Assembly: GCA_001824915.1 (NCBI GenBank)
Contig: MHTS01000024.1
Span: 1-52,945 of the forward strand
Reading direction: 5' to 3'
DNA from: Candidatus Wildermuthbacteria bacterium RIFCSPHIGHO2_01_FULL_48_27b
Lineage (GTDB): Bacteria; Patescibacteriota; Minisyncoccia; Minisyncoccales; UBA10102
Length of the DNA stretch: 52,945 nucleotides
Shown: positions 24,940-38,576 of the stretch, one piece after another
How positions within the stretch are numbered: position 1 is the first letter of the stretch
How the letters are laid out: each line of letters starts with the position of its first letter
Notes under the pieces: generated by a model
Databases searched by the model: none
What the model was told of the DNA's origin: nothing
The model's input: the letters and a program-made list of their open reading frames with translations, nothing else
Translations under genes and position numbers: made by a program

Positions 24940-25665
24940 ATGGGCACGAAAAACCCGAAAAAGCTCCAGATCATGACATTCGTGTGGACGGTGGGGCTCT
25001 TCGGGCGCCTCGCCGTCCTGCTACTCCAAGTTTTGGGACTAGTTCGGGTCGAGGGCATCCGAAATCTCCGGGCGCTTCTCGCCCAAAACGAAGGATTCTT
25101 GGTGATTCACCGGCATCCCTCCATGAGAGAGACGGTGCTCATTCCACTTCTATTCGTCCCGTGGGCGCTCCGGAACTGGAAGAAAGTCCCGGTGGTCACC
25201 CCTGATAAACACAACTTCTATGACCCTTGGTGGTGCGCGCCTTTGCGGTCGCTCGCCATTCCCGTGCCTCGCGGAAACGGCAATGGGATGATGGCTGCTC
25301 TCTTGCAAATGCGCCGCGCGCTTTTTGCGGGCAGAGTGCTCGTTCTCGCGGCAGAAGGCGGCAGAACCTTCAAGGGGAAAAACTTTAAATATTTAACTCC
25401 CGAGGGGCAGCTGTACACATGCGGACGACCGGAAGCAGGAGTGGATCTCTCGCAGTGCGTCATCCGGCGCTTCCAGCCAGGCGTAGGCGCCTTATGCGGC
25501 AACGGAAAGATCCGCATCCCCGTACTACCCGTATGGGTCGATTTAAAGGGTTGGCATACAACGATCATATTCGGCAAGCCCACAACACTTCCTCCAAACA
25601 CACCGGATAAAACGGAGGCACTGGAGAACTTGCTTCTCCGCACTTCCCAGCCGCGTTCGCCATAG
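24940..25665 (+). CDS. Putative PlsC-like acyltransferase (variant catalytic motif)
   Basis: HRHPSMRE (an HX4E variant of HX4D) and LAAEGGRTFKG (similar to the FPEGTRS block); N-terminal hydrophobic segment. Somewhat GC-richer than the backbone. Confidence 0.45.
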   Translation: MGTKNPKKLQIMTFVWTVGLFGRLAVLLLQVLGLVRVEGIRNLRALLAQNEGFLVIHRHPSMRETVLIPLLFVPWALRNWKKVPVVTPDKHNFYDPWWCAPLRSLAIPVPRGNGNGMMAALLQMRRALFAGRVLVLAAEGGRTFKGKNFKYLTPEGQLYTCGRPEAGVDLSQCVIRRFQPGVGALCGNGKIRIPVLPVWVDLKGWHTTIIFGKPTTLPPNTPDKTEALENLLLRTSQPRSP

Positions 25666-25674
25666 CCACAAACG

Positions 25675-25699
25675 GCGCAGGGTCATCCTGCGCTTTTCT
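25675..25699 (+). terminator. Rho-independent terminator
   Basis: GCGCAGG-gtcat-CCTGCGC followed by TTTTCTATTT. Confidence 0.6.
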
Positions 25700-25704
25700 A
25701 TTTA

Positions 25705-25713
25705 TGGTATTAT
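25705..25713 (+). promoter_or_regulatory. Extended -10 element (TGgTATTAT) 6 nt upstream of the ATG, implying a leaderless transcript
   Basis: TGGTATTAT-ggcaaa-ATG(25720), the same layout as at 49909-49926. Confidence 0.4.
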
Positions 25714-25719
25714 GGCAAA

Positions 25720-26118
25720 ATGAAAACAGATTTTACCTATTCAGGGACCGTGCAGCCGGGGCGCGGAAGAGGAAACGCGCTCGGTTTTCCAACCGCAAAT
25801 CTTTCCTGCCGCATACCCGATAATACTTTGGCAGAAGGCGTATATACCGCTCTTACCCGTCGGGGAAACGATACCTTTCCCTCGCTCGCGTTTTTTGGGG
25901 CCGCGCGCACGTTCGGAGAGCATGAAAAACGACTGGAGGTGCATATTCTTGATTTTCAAGGACAGCTCTATGGAGAAACGCTTACGGTAACGCTTTTGGA
26001 AAAAATGCGCGGGAACATACATTTTGCCACCGAAGAAGAACTTGTCGCCCAAATGCGGCAGGATGAACAAGAAGCTCGATCATTTTTTTCAACTATTGCA
26101 TGTTTACAGGCATCATAA
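25720..26118 (+). CDS. Stand-alone riboflavin kinase domain
   Basis: GTVQPGRGRGNALGFPTANL...LEVHILDFQGQLYGETLTVTLLEKMRGNIHFATEEELVAQM matches the RibF C-terminal kinase domain. No FAD-synthetase domain is present. Confidence 0.75.
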   Translation: MKTDFTYSGTVQPGRGRGNALGFPTANLSCRIPDNTLAEGVYTALTRRGNDTFPSLAFFGAARTFGEHEKRLEVHILDFQGQLYGETLTVTLLEKMRGNIHFATEEELVAQMRQDEQEARSFFSTIACLQAS

Positions 26119-26690
26119 AAAACATCACGACGATCAAAAAGCAGCAAACGATTGGAGGATCGCTATTTCTTGCTATCGAAACTCCAAAGGACTGGCGCGT
26201 GCAGCAAGGAGATTCGATCGCGACGAACGGAGTATGCTTGACCGTAAAAGAGGTTGGCGTAGATTTTTACACCACAGAACTAATGCCGGAAACCCTCAAC
26301 AAAACTACATTTGGGAAAAGCGTACCTACTCGCGTAAACCTTGAATATTCACTCACGCTTCAGGATCCGCTCGGCGGTCATCTTGTGCTGGGTCATGTTG
26401 ATACCATCGGAACAATCACCAAGATTGAACGCGCCCAAGCCTCAAAAATATACCATTTTTCGTGTCCAAAAAGCTTTGGTGCGCTGATTGCGGAGAAAGG
26501 ATCCATCGCGGTCGATGGCATAAGTCTTACGATTGTGGAAGCGAGCGATGCCTTCTTTACCGTATCACTCGTTGACTACACGCTTTCGCGCACAACCCTC
26601 GGAGAAAAACAAGAAGGCGACCTCGTTAACATAGAATTCGACGTATTAGCAAAATATATTGCTCGCGCGCTGGAGCGAAGAATCATTTAA
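26100..26690 (+). CDS. ribE: Riboflavin synthase alpha chain
   Basis: MFTGIIKNITTI...GDSIATNGVCLTV...SIAVDGISLTIVE shows the duplicated lumazine-binding repeats. Confidence 0.85.
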   Translation: MFTGIIKNITTIKKQQTIGGSLFLAIETPKDWRVQQGDSIATNGVCLTVKEVGVDFYTTELMPETLNKTTFGKSVPTRVNLEYSLTLQDPLGGHLVLGHVDTIGTITKIERAQASKIYHFSCPKSFGALIAEKGSIAVDGISLTIVEASDAFFTVSLVDYTLSRTTLGEKQEGDLVNIEFDVLAKYIARALERRII

Positions 26691-26746
26691 ACAAAAGCAA
26701 ACAGGGGATTGTTTTTTGCTTTATTTTCAGGTATAATAAAACAATT

Positions 26747-27760
26747 GTGGAATACTTGAATATGGTCATTTTTGCGCTTAAAAACAGTGCTTTGGAAGCT
26801 ATCGAAAGAGCTCAAAATCTCGCGGAGCTCGAGACCTCGTATAAAGCGTACTTGGGCAAAAAAGGGGAGTTAACCCTTATTTTGCGTTCTCTCGCGAATT
26901 TGAACGAAGCGGAACGTAAGGTCCAGGGAAAAGAGGCAAACGACTTGCGGAATTTACTTGAAAAACGCTTTGCTGAAAGAAAAAAGGAAATTCAACGCGA
27001 AGAAATCGTAATCCAAGAAAAACTCGCCATCCGCGAGCATGTCGATGTTACTGCCCCAGGTAAGCGGCTTCCCAAAGGGCACACGCACCCGCTCACGCTC
27101 GCGCAGACGAAAGCGGAAGAGATTTTTCAAACGATGGGATTTACCGTAGCCCAAGGTCCGGAAATTGAAACCGAATGGTACAATTTTGACGCGCTCAACA
27201 TTCCGGCCAATCACCCAGCCCGCGATATGTGGGACACGTTTTGGCTCAAACCAAAAAATGCGGGGCATCTTCTGCGGACACACACGAGTCCTGTGCAAAT
27301 TCGATACATGGAGAAGCATAATCCGCCATTGAGAATTATCGCGCCGGGCCGCATCTTCCGATATGAGGCAACGGACGCAAGCCACGAATTCAACTTTTAC
27401 CAGCTCGAAGGACTAATGGTAGGGAAAGAAGTTTCGGTTGCGAACTTCAAAGCGATTATTGAGGAATTTTACCGCCAGTTTTTTGGCAAGCCGGTAGCCA
27501 TTCGCCTGCGCCCGAGCTATTTTCCATTTACCGAACCTTCGTTTGAAGTTGATATGCGCTGGAACAAGGGTGCTTGGCTGGAAATGATGGGGGCCGGCAT
27601 CGTGCACCCCAACGTATTTCGGGCAGTTGGTTATATTCCAGCAGAATGGCGCGGTTTCGCGTTCGGAATGGGATTGGATAGATTGGCAATGATGAAATAC
27701 CAGATACCGGACATACGGTTATTATATTCAGGAGATTTACGATTCCTCCAGCAATTCTAA
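26747..27760 (+). CDS. pheS: Phenylalanine--tRNA ligase alpha subunit
   Basis: ...YKAYLGKKGELT..., HPARDMWDTFW, FRYEATDASHEFNFYQLEG, class II motifs. The start is either GTG 26747 (9 nt after TATAAT at 26732-26737) or ATG 26762. Confidence 0.9.
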   Translation: MEYLNMVIFALKNSALEAIERAQNLAELETSYKAYLGKKGELTLILRSLANLNEAERKVQGKEANDLRNLLEKRFAERKKEIQREEIVIQEKLAIREHVDVTAPGKRLPKGHTHPLTLAQTKAEEIFQTMGFTVAQGPEIETEWYNFDALNIPANHPARDMWDTFWLKPKNAGHLLRTHTSPVQIRYMEKHNPPLRIIAPGRIFRYEATDASHEFNFYQLEGLMVGKEVSVANFKAIIEEFYRQFFGKPVAIRLRPSYFPFTEPSFEVDMRWNKGAWLEMMGAGIVHPNVFRAVGYIPAEWRGFAFGMGLDRLAMMKYQIPDIRLLYSGDLRFLQQF

Positions 27761-27761
27761 T

Positions 27762-31888
<4,127 letters not shown>

Positions 31889-31972
31889 AACCTTGACATT
31901 TAAACTGTAATTTGGTATCTTGGAGGCACTGATAAAAGAGGCCTCCCAAGGCCTTTTTAAAAACCATTTATC

Positions 31973-32182
31973 ATGAAAATTGTGAATCCGTTAAAGCAAT
32001 TGCCCGGAGCCCTAAATTTTTTACGCGAAGTAAAAACCGAAGGGATGCGGGTAAACTGGCCCACACGGGAAAAAACAATCAAAGACACCCTTATCGTTAT
32101 CGGGTTTGCCGTCGCGATCGCCGTGTTTTTAAGTGTATCTGACTATATCTTTCAATCCGTATTAGATAGATTTCTCTTGTAA
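31973..32182 (+). CDS. secE: Preprotein translocase subunit SecE
   Basis: 69 aa, ...FLREVKTEGMRVNWPTREKTIKDTLIVIGFAVAIAVFL..., directly upstream of nusG. Confidence 0.8.
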   Translation: MKIVNPLKQLPGALNFLREVKTEGMRVNWPTREKTIKDTLIVIGFAVAIAVFLSVSDYIFQSVLDRFLL

Positions 32183-32184
32183 TC

Positions 32185-32730
32185 ATGCCTAAACAACAGA
32201 CCGTAGGAGAGCGAAACTGGTACGTAATTCACACCTATTCCGGATACGAAGACGCCGTCGCGCGAAACCTCAAACAGAGAATTGAGTCTTTGGACATGAG
32301 CGACAAAATTTTCAACGTAATGGTGCCGAAAGAAAAGAAGATTAAAATCAAAAATAGCAAGCGCAAAATCGTGGAGGAAAAAATCTATCCAGGATACGTA
32401 CTCGTAGAAATGGTAGTGACCGATGACTCCTGGTATGTGGTGCGGAATACTCCGAATGTAACGGGATTTGTAGGCTCTGGCACCGTTCCTATTCCGGTTT
32501 CCCAAGAAGAAATTCAATACCTGCAAAAACGCATGGGCGTGGAGTCTCCGGAGTATGAAATCGGGGTAGCGCCGGGCGACAACGTGAAAATCATCGATGG
32601 CCCGTTCAAGGATTTCGATGGAAGAGTTGCGGAAACGGACAAGGAACGCGGCAAAATAAAGGTTTTGGTGAATATGTTTGGCAGAGATACACCCGTCGAG
32701 TTAGATTCACTGCAAATTCAGAAGCTGTAG
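32185..32730 (+). CDS. nusG: Transcription termination/antitermination factor NusG
   Basis: NWYVIHTYSGYEDAV... (NGN domain) and GDNVKIIDGPFKDFDGRV (KOW motif). Confidence 0.9.
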   Translation: MPKQQTVGERNWYVIHTYSGYEDAVARNLKQRIESLDMSDKIFNVMVPKEKKIKIKNSKRKIVEEKIYPGYVLVEMVVTDDSWYVVRNTPNVTGFVGSGTVPIPVSQEEIQYLQKRMGVESPEYEIGVAPGDNVKIIDGPFKDFDGRVAETDKERGKIKVLVNMFGRDTPVELDSLQIQKL

Positions 32731-32732
32731 AA

Positions 32733-32772
32733 AATTCGTATATTCGTATAAATTCGTAATTCGTAGGATCGT
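32733..32772. repeat. ATTCGTA repeat array filling the nusG-rplK spacer
   Basis: aATTCGTAtATTCGTAtaaATTCGTAATTCGTAGgATCGTatg. Its last 33 nt are nearly identical to 38607-38639. Confidence 0.75.
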
Positions 32773-33195
32773 ATGGCAAAGAAAATCAAAGCAGTCGTAA
32801 AACTTCATATCCCGGCAGGCCAAGCAACTCCTGCCCCTCCGGTGGGCCCAGCTTTGGCGCAGCACGGTGTGAACATCGGAGAGTTCACGAGACAGTTCAA
32901 CGAAGCAACCAAAGACAAACAGGGATTCAAACTTCCTTGTGACATTATTGTGTATGAAGACCGGACTTTTACGTTCAAACTTCATCAGCCGCCGGCATCC
33001 GCGCTTATCAAAAAAGCTATAGGAGTGGAGAAAGGTTCTGGCACTCCTAACAAACAAACTGTGGGTACAATAACCAAAGCCCAGCTCAAAGAAGTAGCGG
33101 AGAAAAAGATGAGCGATCTGAACACGAAAGACGTAGAAAGCGCAATGAAGATTGTCGAAGGGACAGCCAAAAGTCTAGGCATAAAAGTAGTGTAG
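32773..33195 (+). CDS. rplK: 50S ribosomal protein L11
   Basis: [43 protein letters not shown]... is the canonical L11 sequence. Confidence 0.95.
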   Translation: MAKKIKAVVKLHIPAGQATPAPPVGPALAQHGVNIGEFTRQFNEATKDKQGFKLPCDIIVYEDRTFTFKLHQPPASALIKKAIGVEKGSGTPNKQTVGTITKAQLKEVAEKKMSDLNTKDVESAMKIVEGTAKSLGIKVV

Positions 33196-33202
33196 AAGAC
33201 TT

Positions 33203-33233
33203 CCCCCCGCCGCAAGGCGGGGGGTTTTATTTT
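33203..33233 (+). terminator. Rho-independent terminator after rplK
   Basis: CCCCCCGCC-gcaa-GGCGGGGGG followed by TTTTATTTT. Confidence 0.7.
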
Positions 33234-33241
33234 GTCTAAAT

Positions 33242-33270
33242 TTGCTTCTCACTCCCGCTTTTTGTATAAT
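33242..33270 (+). promoter_or_regulatory. Sigma70-type promoter of the dut-tmk block, leaderless spacing
   Basis: TTGCTT-17 nt-TATAAT, then 8 nt to the ATG at 33279, with no SD. Confidence 0.45.
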
Positions 33271-33278
33271 GGCAACGT

Positions 33279-33704
33279 ATGAAACTTCGGATCCAACGGC
33301 TAAACTTGGATGCAAAAATACCAATTTCACCCTATAAAGGAAACGCGGGGATGGACGTGTTCTCCGTTGAAGAGGTTGATATCCCAGCCGGTGAAAAAAT
33401 TGCCGTGAAAACCGGGCTCAAGTTGGCAATCCCCGAAGGATACGCGGGCTTTGTGTGGGATAAATCCGGCCTCGCGCTCAAGCATCATCTAAAAACCATG
33501 GCCGGTGTGATTGATTCCAACTATCGGGGTGAACTTATGATTGTGCTTACCAACCTGGGAAAAGAACCTTATCATGTTGAAAAAGGATCAAAAATCGCGC
33601 AGCTTATTATAACCCCTGTGGCCAGCCCGGAAATCGAAGAAGGCATAGTCGCAGACGATACCGAACGGGGGACCGCGGGCTTTGGAAGTTCAGGAACCGT
33701 GTAA
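33279..33704 (+). CDS. dut: dUTP diphosphatase
   Basis: ...GNAGMDVFS..., VIDSNYRGEL, ERGTAGFGSSG are dUTPase motifs. Confidence 0.9.
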   Translation: MKLRIQRLNLDAKIPISPYKGNAGMDVFSVEEVDIPAGEKIAVKTGLKLAIPEGYAGFVWDKSGLALKHHLKTMAGVIDSNYRGELMIVLTNLGKEPYHVEKGSKIAQLIITPVASPEIEEGIVADDTERGTAGFGSSGTV

Positions 33705-33715
33705 TACATATATTT

Positions 33716-34213
33716 ATGGAAAACAACATTCAAGAGCATATTCCGCGGCCGACTTGGGATGAATACTTTATGATGCTTACCAAGCTTGTGGCGGTCATGG
33801 CCACATGTCCAAAGCGCAGAGTCGGAGCGGTTATTGTAAAGAACAAACGCATCCTCACAACAGGATTCAACGGCGCTCCGCCGGGCATGCCCCATTGCAC
33901 CGAAGTCGGTTGCCTTAGTTTTGAGGGAGAAGGAAGCTCGTGCCGCCGCGTGCTGCACGCGGAACAAAATGCGGTACTGCAGGATTCCCGAAATCTGGAA
34001 GGAGCAACGCTCTATACAACATTTCTTCCCTGCGTGGACTGCATGAAAGAAATCGTAACCGCAAAAATCGCGGAGGTTGTATATGAAGAGGAGTACCCGG
34101 GCACTAAACCGCGCTATACCTATGCCAAAGAATTCGCTCAAACTACACCGGTACGTCTTCGGAAAATACCGCCGGTCGATATTATGCGCGTCCTCACTAG
34201 ATATTATTCATAG
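33716..34213 (+). CDS. dCMP deaminase (cytidine/deoxycytidylate deaminase family)
   Basis: Zinc motifs HAEQNAV and PCVDCMKEI; position between dut and thyA. Confidence 0.85.
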   Translation: MENNIQEHIPRPTWDEYFMMLTKLVAVMATCPKRRVGAVIVKNKRILTTGFNGAPPGMPHCTEVGCLSFEGEGSSCRRVLHAEQNAVLQDSRNLEGATLYTTFLPCVDCMKEIVTAKIAEVVYEEEYPGTKPRYTYAKEFAQTTPVRLRKIPPVDIMRVLTRYYS

Positions 34214-34219
34214 CATTCG

Positions 34220-35041
34220 ATGAAAATTTATCTCGATTTACTTCAAGATGTTCTGGAAAGCGGGGTGGACAAGCCGAACCGAACCGGTATTGATCAGCGT
34301 ACCGTGTTCGGACGCCAGATGCGTTTCAATATGGCGGATGGTTTTCCGGCGATTACCACGAAAAAACTCGCGTTCAACGCGGTAAAAGCAGAACTGTTGT
34401 GGTTTTTGAGTGGAAGCTCCGACGTAAAAGATCTTCAAAAACTCGGTTGTCATATTTGGGATGCGAACGCGCAAGCCGATTACTGGAAACCAAAAGCCCG
34501 TTTTGAAGGCGATCTCGGCCGTGTGTACGGCGTCCAGTGGAGATCATGGAACGCGCCGGGCGGAAAAACAATTGACCAAATAAAAGAGGTGATTGAGAAA
34601 ATCAAAATCAATCCCAACGACCGACGCCTCCTTGTAAGCGCGTGGAATCCCGGTGAACTCGACCAAATGGCGCTTCCTCCTTGCCATGTATTTTTCCAAT
34701 TTTTTGTGAGCGAGGGTCAACTTTCCTTGCAAATGTATCAGCGAAGCTGCGATATGTTTTTGGGTGTTCCATTCAATATCGCATCCTACGCGCTCTTACT
34801 CCACATGATAGCCCAGGTCACCAATTTAAAGCCCGGCGAGTTTATTCACATTCTTGGTGATACCCATATTTATCACAACCATTTTGACCAGGTAAAAGAA
34901 CAACTCAAAAGAACTCCATATCCTTTGCCAACACTTTCGCTCAATCCCCAAGTAAAAGATATTGACGAGTTTGGTATGGACGATATCCAACTGCGGAATT
35001 ACCAGCACCATCCTGCCTTAAAGGCGGAGATGGCAGTATAA
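34220..35041 (+). CDS. thyA: Thymidylate synthase (ThyA type)
   Basis: ...NRTGIDQRTVFG..., LPPCHVFFQFFV (catalytic Cys), DMFLGVPFNIASYALL. Confidence 0.95.
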   Translation: MKIYLDLLQDVLESGVDKPNRTGIDQRTVFGRQMRFNMADGFPAITTKKLAFNAVKAELLWFLSGSSDVKDLQKLGCHIWDANAQADYWKPKARFEGDLGRVYGVQWRSWNAPGGKTIDQIKEVIEKIKINPNDRRLLVSAWNPGELDQMALPPCHVFFQFFVSEGQLSLQMYQRSCDMFLGVPFNIASYALLLHMIAQVTNLKPGEFIHILGDTHIYHNHFDQVKEQLKRTPYPLPTLSLNPQVKDIDEFGMDDIQLRNYQHHPALKAEMAV

Positions 35042-35045
35042 ACCT

Positions 35046-35564
35046 ATGACAGTATTTCTTATCGCGGCGCTTACGGCAGATGGGTTTATCGCGCGAGGCC
35101 CCGCGCATACCCCTATGAGCTGGACGAGCAAGGAAGACAAGCAATTCTTCACCCAGCGCACAAAAGAAGCGAGAGTCGTGGTAATGGGGCTGAATACGTA
35201 TAAAACCATTGGAAAGCCCCTTTCCGGGCGCCAAAACATCGTTTATGCGCCTGCCTCGCCGGCAGGCGGGCCCTCTGGAACGATCCTTGAGGGAGTCCAA
35301 GTTACTCAAGACGACCCAAAAACTCTTATCTTAAAACTTTCAGAAGAAGGGTTTCAGGAGGTAGCAATTTGCGGGGGCGCTACGATTTATACCATGTTTA
35401 TGGAAGCCGGCGTTGTGGACAAACTGTATCTTACGTTGGAGCCAATACTTTTTGGATCAGGGATTCATTTGTTCAACAAAGAACTTCAGGTTAATCTCAA
35501 ACTCGAGTCAACAAAAAATCTTTCTGAAACTACAATACTCTTGGAATACAGCGTACTAAAGTAG
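35046..35564 (+). CDS. folA: Dihydrofolate reductase
   Basis: Size and position after thyA; ...VVMGLNTYKTIGKPLSGRQNIV... and ...VAICGGATIYTMF.... Contains one in-frame repeat. Confidence 0.8.
   Translation: MTVFLIAALTADGFIARGPAHTPMSWTSKEDKQFFTQRTKEARVVVMGLNTYKTIGKPLSGRQNIVYAPASPAGGPSGTILEGVQVTQDDPKTLILKLSEEGFQEVAICGGATIYTMFMEAGVVDKLYLTLEPILFGSGIHLFNKELQVNLKLESTKNLSETTILLEYSVLK
35249..35271. repeat. GC-rich imperfect palindrome (short variant) in-frame in folA
   Basis: GCCTGCCTCG-cc-GGCAGGCGGGC encodes PASPAGGP. Confidence 0.7.
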
Positions 35565-35569
35565 GTAGT

Positions 35570-36190
35570 ATGGCGCAGTCTCAAACGAAAGCAAAATTTA
35601 TCGCATTTGAAGGCTTAGATGGATCAGGGCAATCAACCCAAGCGAATCTCTTAAAACGCTTCTTAGAATCACAAGGGGAAACAGCACTTTTGACAAAGGA
35701 GCCAACTTTTGATTCTGAAGCCGGGAAAATAATCCGAAAGGTTTTGGACAAACAAGAAACTAGAACCCCCCAAGAGTTTCAAGAGTTATTCGCGCAAGAC
35801 AGAAAAGCGCATGTGAATTCTGTAATACTCCCTGCGCTCGAAAAGGGAATATGGGTTATAACCGACCGTTATTTTTTTTCTTCCATGGCCTATGGCGCAG
35901 CAGCCGGAGTAGACTTAGAATGGATTATTCAGCGAAATAACGAATTTTTACTGCCGGACATTACGTTCTTACTCAACACTCCTCCTGCGGTGTGCATCGA
36001 AAGGATCCAAAAACGAGGAGAGCTCCAAACGCTTTTCGAGCGCATAGAACGCCTGAAAAAAGTATGGAGTATATATGAATCTTTGCCAAATAGATTTCAT
36101 AATATTATTACAATACAGGGAGATCAGCCCATTGAAACTGCTGCCAAAGACATTCGCGAGGCACTTGTTTCACAACTTAATTTACGGTAA
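35570..36190 (+). CDS. tmk: Thymidylate kinase
   Basis: FIAFEGLDGSGQSTQ (P-loop) and DRYFFSSMAYG. Confidence 0.85.
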   Translation: MAQSQTKAKFIAFEGLDGSGQSTQANLLKRFLESQGETALLTKEPTFDSEAGKIIRKVLDKQETRTPQEFQELFAQDRKAHVNSVILPALEKGIWVITDRYFFSSMAYGAAAGVDLEWIIQRNNEFLLPDITFLLNTPPAVCIERIQKRGELQTLFERIERLKKVWSIYESLPNRFHNIITIQGDQPIETAAKDIREALVSQLNLR

Positions 36191-36202
36191 TATCAGGGCG
36201 TC

Positions 36203-37684
36203 ATGAAATATATTCCTACAATCGGATTAGAAATACATGCTGAATTGAAAACCAGCAGCAAGATGTTTTGTTCGTGCAAGAATGATCCCAATGAAAAGCA
36301 GCCGAACGTGAACATTTGTCCAATTTGCATGGGGCATCCGGGCACTTTGCCCGTACCGAATGAACAAGCAATTCATATGGTGGTGAAAACCGGTCTGGCC
36401 TTACAATGCGAGATAGCTCCGTATTCGAAATTCGACCGGAAAAATTATTTTTACCCCGACCTTCCCAAGGGTTATCAAATAAGTCAGTACGATTTGCCTC
36501 TTTGCCAAAAGGGTAAATTGCGAATAGGCCTGTCTGCGCAGACAGGGGAGCGTGATATTCAAATTACCAGAATCCATTTGGAGGAAGATACGGGACGTTC
36601 TCAGCATCTCCTCGAACGGCCCGAAGGAACCGATTATTCATTAGTAGATTTTAACCGAGCCGGCGTGCCGCTTATGGAACTTGTTACCGAACCCGACTTG
36701 CATAGCGGTCAAGAATCTGTCGCATTTGCCCAAGAGCTGCAAAGGCTATTGCGGTATCTTGGCGTTTCTGACGCGGATATGGAAAAAGGCCAAATGCGCG
36801 TGGAAGCGAATATTTCCATCCGGCCTGAAGGCACCGAAACCCTGGGCACGAAAGTTGAAGTCAAAAACTTAAATTCGTTTCGCTCTGTTCAGAACGCCAT
36901 TGACTTTGAAATACAGCGGCAAACGCAAGTATTGGGCGCGGGTGAAGAAGTAAATCAGGAAACGCGCGGGTGGAATGAAGCAAAAAAGGAAACCTTTACG
37001 CAGCGCGAGAAAGAATCGGCGCACGATTACCGCTATTTTCCTGAACCCGATATTCCGCCACTCACCTTTACGCCCGCGTTCATCGAAATGCGGCGCCTTG
37101 AAATCCCGGAACTTCCGCAGGCCAAAAACTCGCGCATGCAGCGTGAATATAATCTTGGCGAAAAAGAAGCTGCCTTGCTCGTAAAAGATAGGGGATTGGG
37201 TGAATATTTTGAACAAGTGGTAAGCGAACTTGGCTCCCGGCTATCCGAAGAAGAACTCGCGAAACGCGTGAAACTTGCGGGCAATTATATTGTTTCGGAT
37301 TTGCAGGGCCTCCTTGCGGGCAATTCGGTGGAAGATAAAAACTTCAAGATCACCGCAGAAAACTTCGCGGAATTGATCAACATGATTGCGACAAACAAAA
37401 TCTCTTCCCCGGCCGCAAAATCTCTGCTTAAAAAAATGTTTGAAACAGGCGGCGATCCATCCCAGCTTTTGGAATCTGAAGGCCTAACTCAAGTCTCAAA
37501 CCAGGAAGAAATTGAGCGTATTGCCAAGGAAATCATCGAAAAAAATCCCAAAGCTGTGCAAGACTACAAAAACGGCAAGGCAAACGCTTTCCAATTCCTT
37601 GTCGGAGAAATGATGGCAAAAACCAGAGGTACGGCCAATCCCGAAACTGTCCGCACAAGCATTCTCAAAATTATTGAAGGTTAA
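36203..37684 (+). CDS. gatB: Asp/Glu-tRNA amidotransferase subunit B
   Basis: MKYIPTIGLEIHAELKTSSKMFCSC..., ICPICMGHPGTLP, C-terminal YqeY-like tail. Lies about 18 kb from gatCA. Confidence 0.95.
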   Translation: MKYIPTIGLEIHAELKTSSKMFCSCKNDPNEKQPNVNICPICMGHPGTLPVPNEQAIHMVVKTGLALQCEIAPYSKFDRKNYFYPDLPKGYQISQYDLPLCQKGKLRIGLSAQTGERDIQITRIHLEEDTGRSQHLLERPEGTDYSLVDFNRAGVPLMELVTEPDLHSGQESVAFAQELQRLLRYLGVSDADMEKGQMRVEANISIRPEGTETLGTKVEVKNLNSFRSVQNAIDFEIQRQTQVLGAGEEVNQETRGWNEAKKETFTQREKESAHDYRYFPEPDIPPLTFTPAFIEMRRLEIPELPQAKNSRMQREYNLGEKEAALLVKDRGLGEYFEQVVSELGSRLSEEELAKRVKLAGNYIVSDLQGLLAGNSVEDKNFKITAENFAELINMIATNKISSPAAKSLLKKMFETGGDPSQLLESEGLTQVSNQEEIERIAKEIIEKNPKAVQDYKNGKANAFQFLVGEMMAKTRGTANPETVRTSILKIIEG

Positions 37685-38564
37685 GCTCAACGAGCCGTTT
37701 AGCTTCCGCATATGTGGAAATCCAATGGATGCGGGGATCTTTTTTAAACCAAACCATTTGGCGGCGGACAAACGCTTCACTTTCTTTTTGAATGCGCGCA
37801 ATCATTTCTTGCTTTGTGATTCTTCCCTGAAGAAATTGCGCCACATATCGATATTCCAAGCCGAATTCCTCGAGCCTACGCCATGATACGCCTTGCTTAT
37901 GGAGTCGTTCTACCTCTTTTACCATTCCTTGTTTGAAGCGTTTGTTCAAACGCTGCTGGATTCGCTTTTTGAGTTCTTCTGGCGAACGCCGAATGCCAAG
38001 CATCAAAACATCGAGTGGCGAAGCATTTTTTCGTAGCGGAGGAATCGGCTTTCCCGTCGTTATCACAATCTCCAAAGCTCGCACAAGGCGTCGTTTGTTT
38101 TTCTGCTCAATGGTGTTGGCGCGCGCAGGATCGAGCGCTTTGAGCTTTGCGAGAAGTTTCTCAACGCTCAACTGTTCCAGCTCTCTGCGCAGTTTCTGAT
38201 TTGGTTTTACTTCTGGAATTGCTATCCCGTCAACAACTGAATAAATATAAAAAGGGCTTCCGCCAACCAAAAAGGGAAGTTTATGCCGTCGGCGTATTGC
38301 TGCTATCGCCTTAATAGCACGACGCTGATACTGAACTACGGTAAACGTGCGTTTCGGCGAAACTACATCTAAAAGATGATGGGGAATACCCATCATTTCT
38401 TTCTGCGTAATTTTGCCGGAGCCGATGTCGAGACCGCGATAGACCTGCCGCGAATCCGCGGAAACCACCTCGCCATGAAAGCGTTTTGCGAGCGCTACGC
38501 CCAATTCACTTTTCCCCGAGGCAGTTGGGCCCATTATAGCTATCAAAGACGAAGATTTTGCCAT
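37671..38564 (-). CDS. miaA: tRNA dimethylallyltransferase
   Basis: IAIMGPTASGKSELGVALA (P-loop), SADSRQVYRGLDIGSGK, GGSPFYI. Its 3' end converges on and overlaps gatB by 14 nt. Confidence 0.9.
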   Translation of the reverse strand: MAKSSSLIAIMGPTASGKSELGVALAKRFHGEVVSADSRQVYRGLDIGSGKITQKEMMGIPHHLLDVVSPKRTFTVVQYQRRAIKAIAAIRRRHKLPFLVGGSPFYIYSVVDGIAIPEVKPNQKLRRELEQLSVEKLLAKLKALDPARANTIEQKNKRRLVRALEIVITTGKPIPPLRKNASPLDVLMLGIRRSPEELKKRIQQRLNKRFKQGMVKEVERLHKQGVSWRRLEEFGLEYRYVAQFLQGRITKQEMIARIQKESEAFVRRQMVWFKKDPRIHWISTYAEAKRLVELNLQ

Positions 38565-38576
38565 CGTTGAGTATCC

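Noticed and set aside
31893-31921. TTGACA-17-TATCTT promoter-like sequence between gyrB and secE.
   Set aside because: It lies upstream of the hairpin and T-run that looks like the gyrB terminator, so a transcript from it would immediately meet a terminator. The evidence is ambiguous, so I did not list it as a feature.
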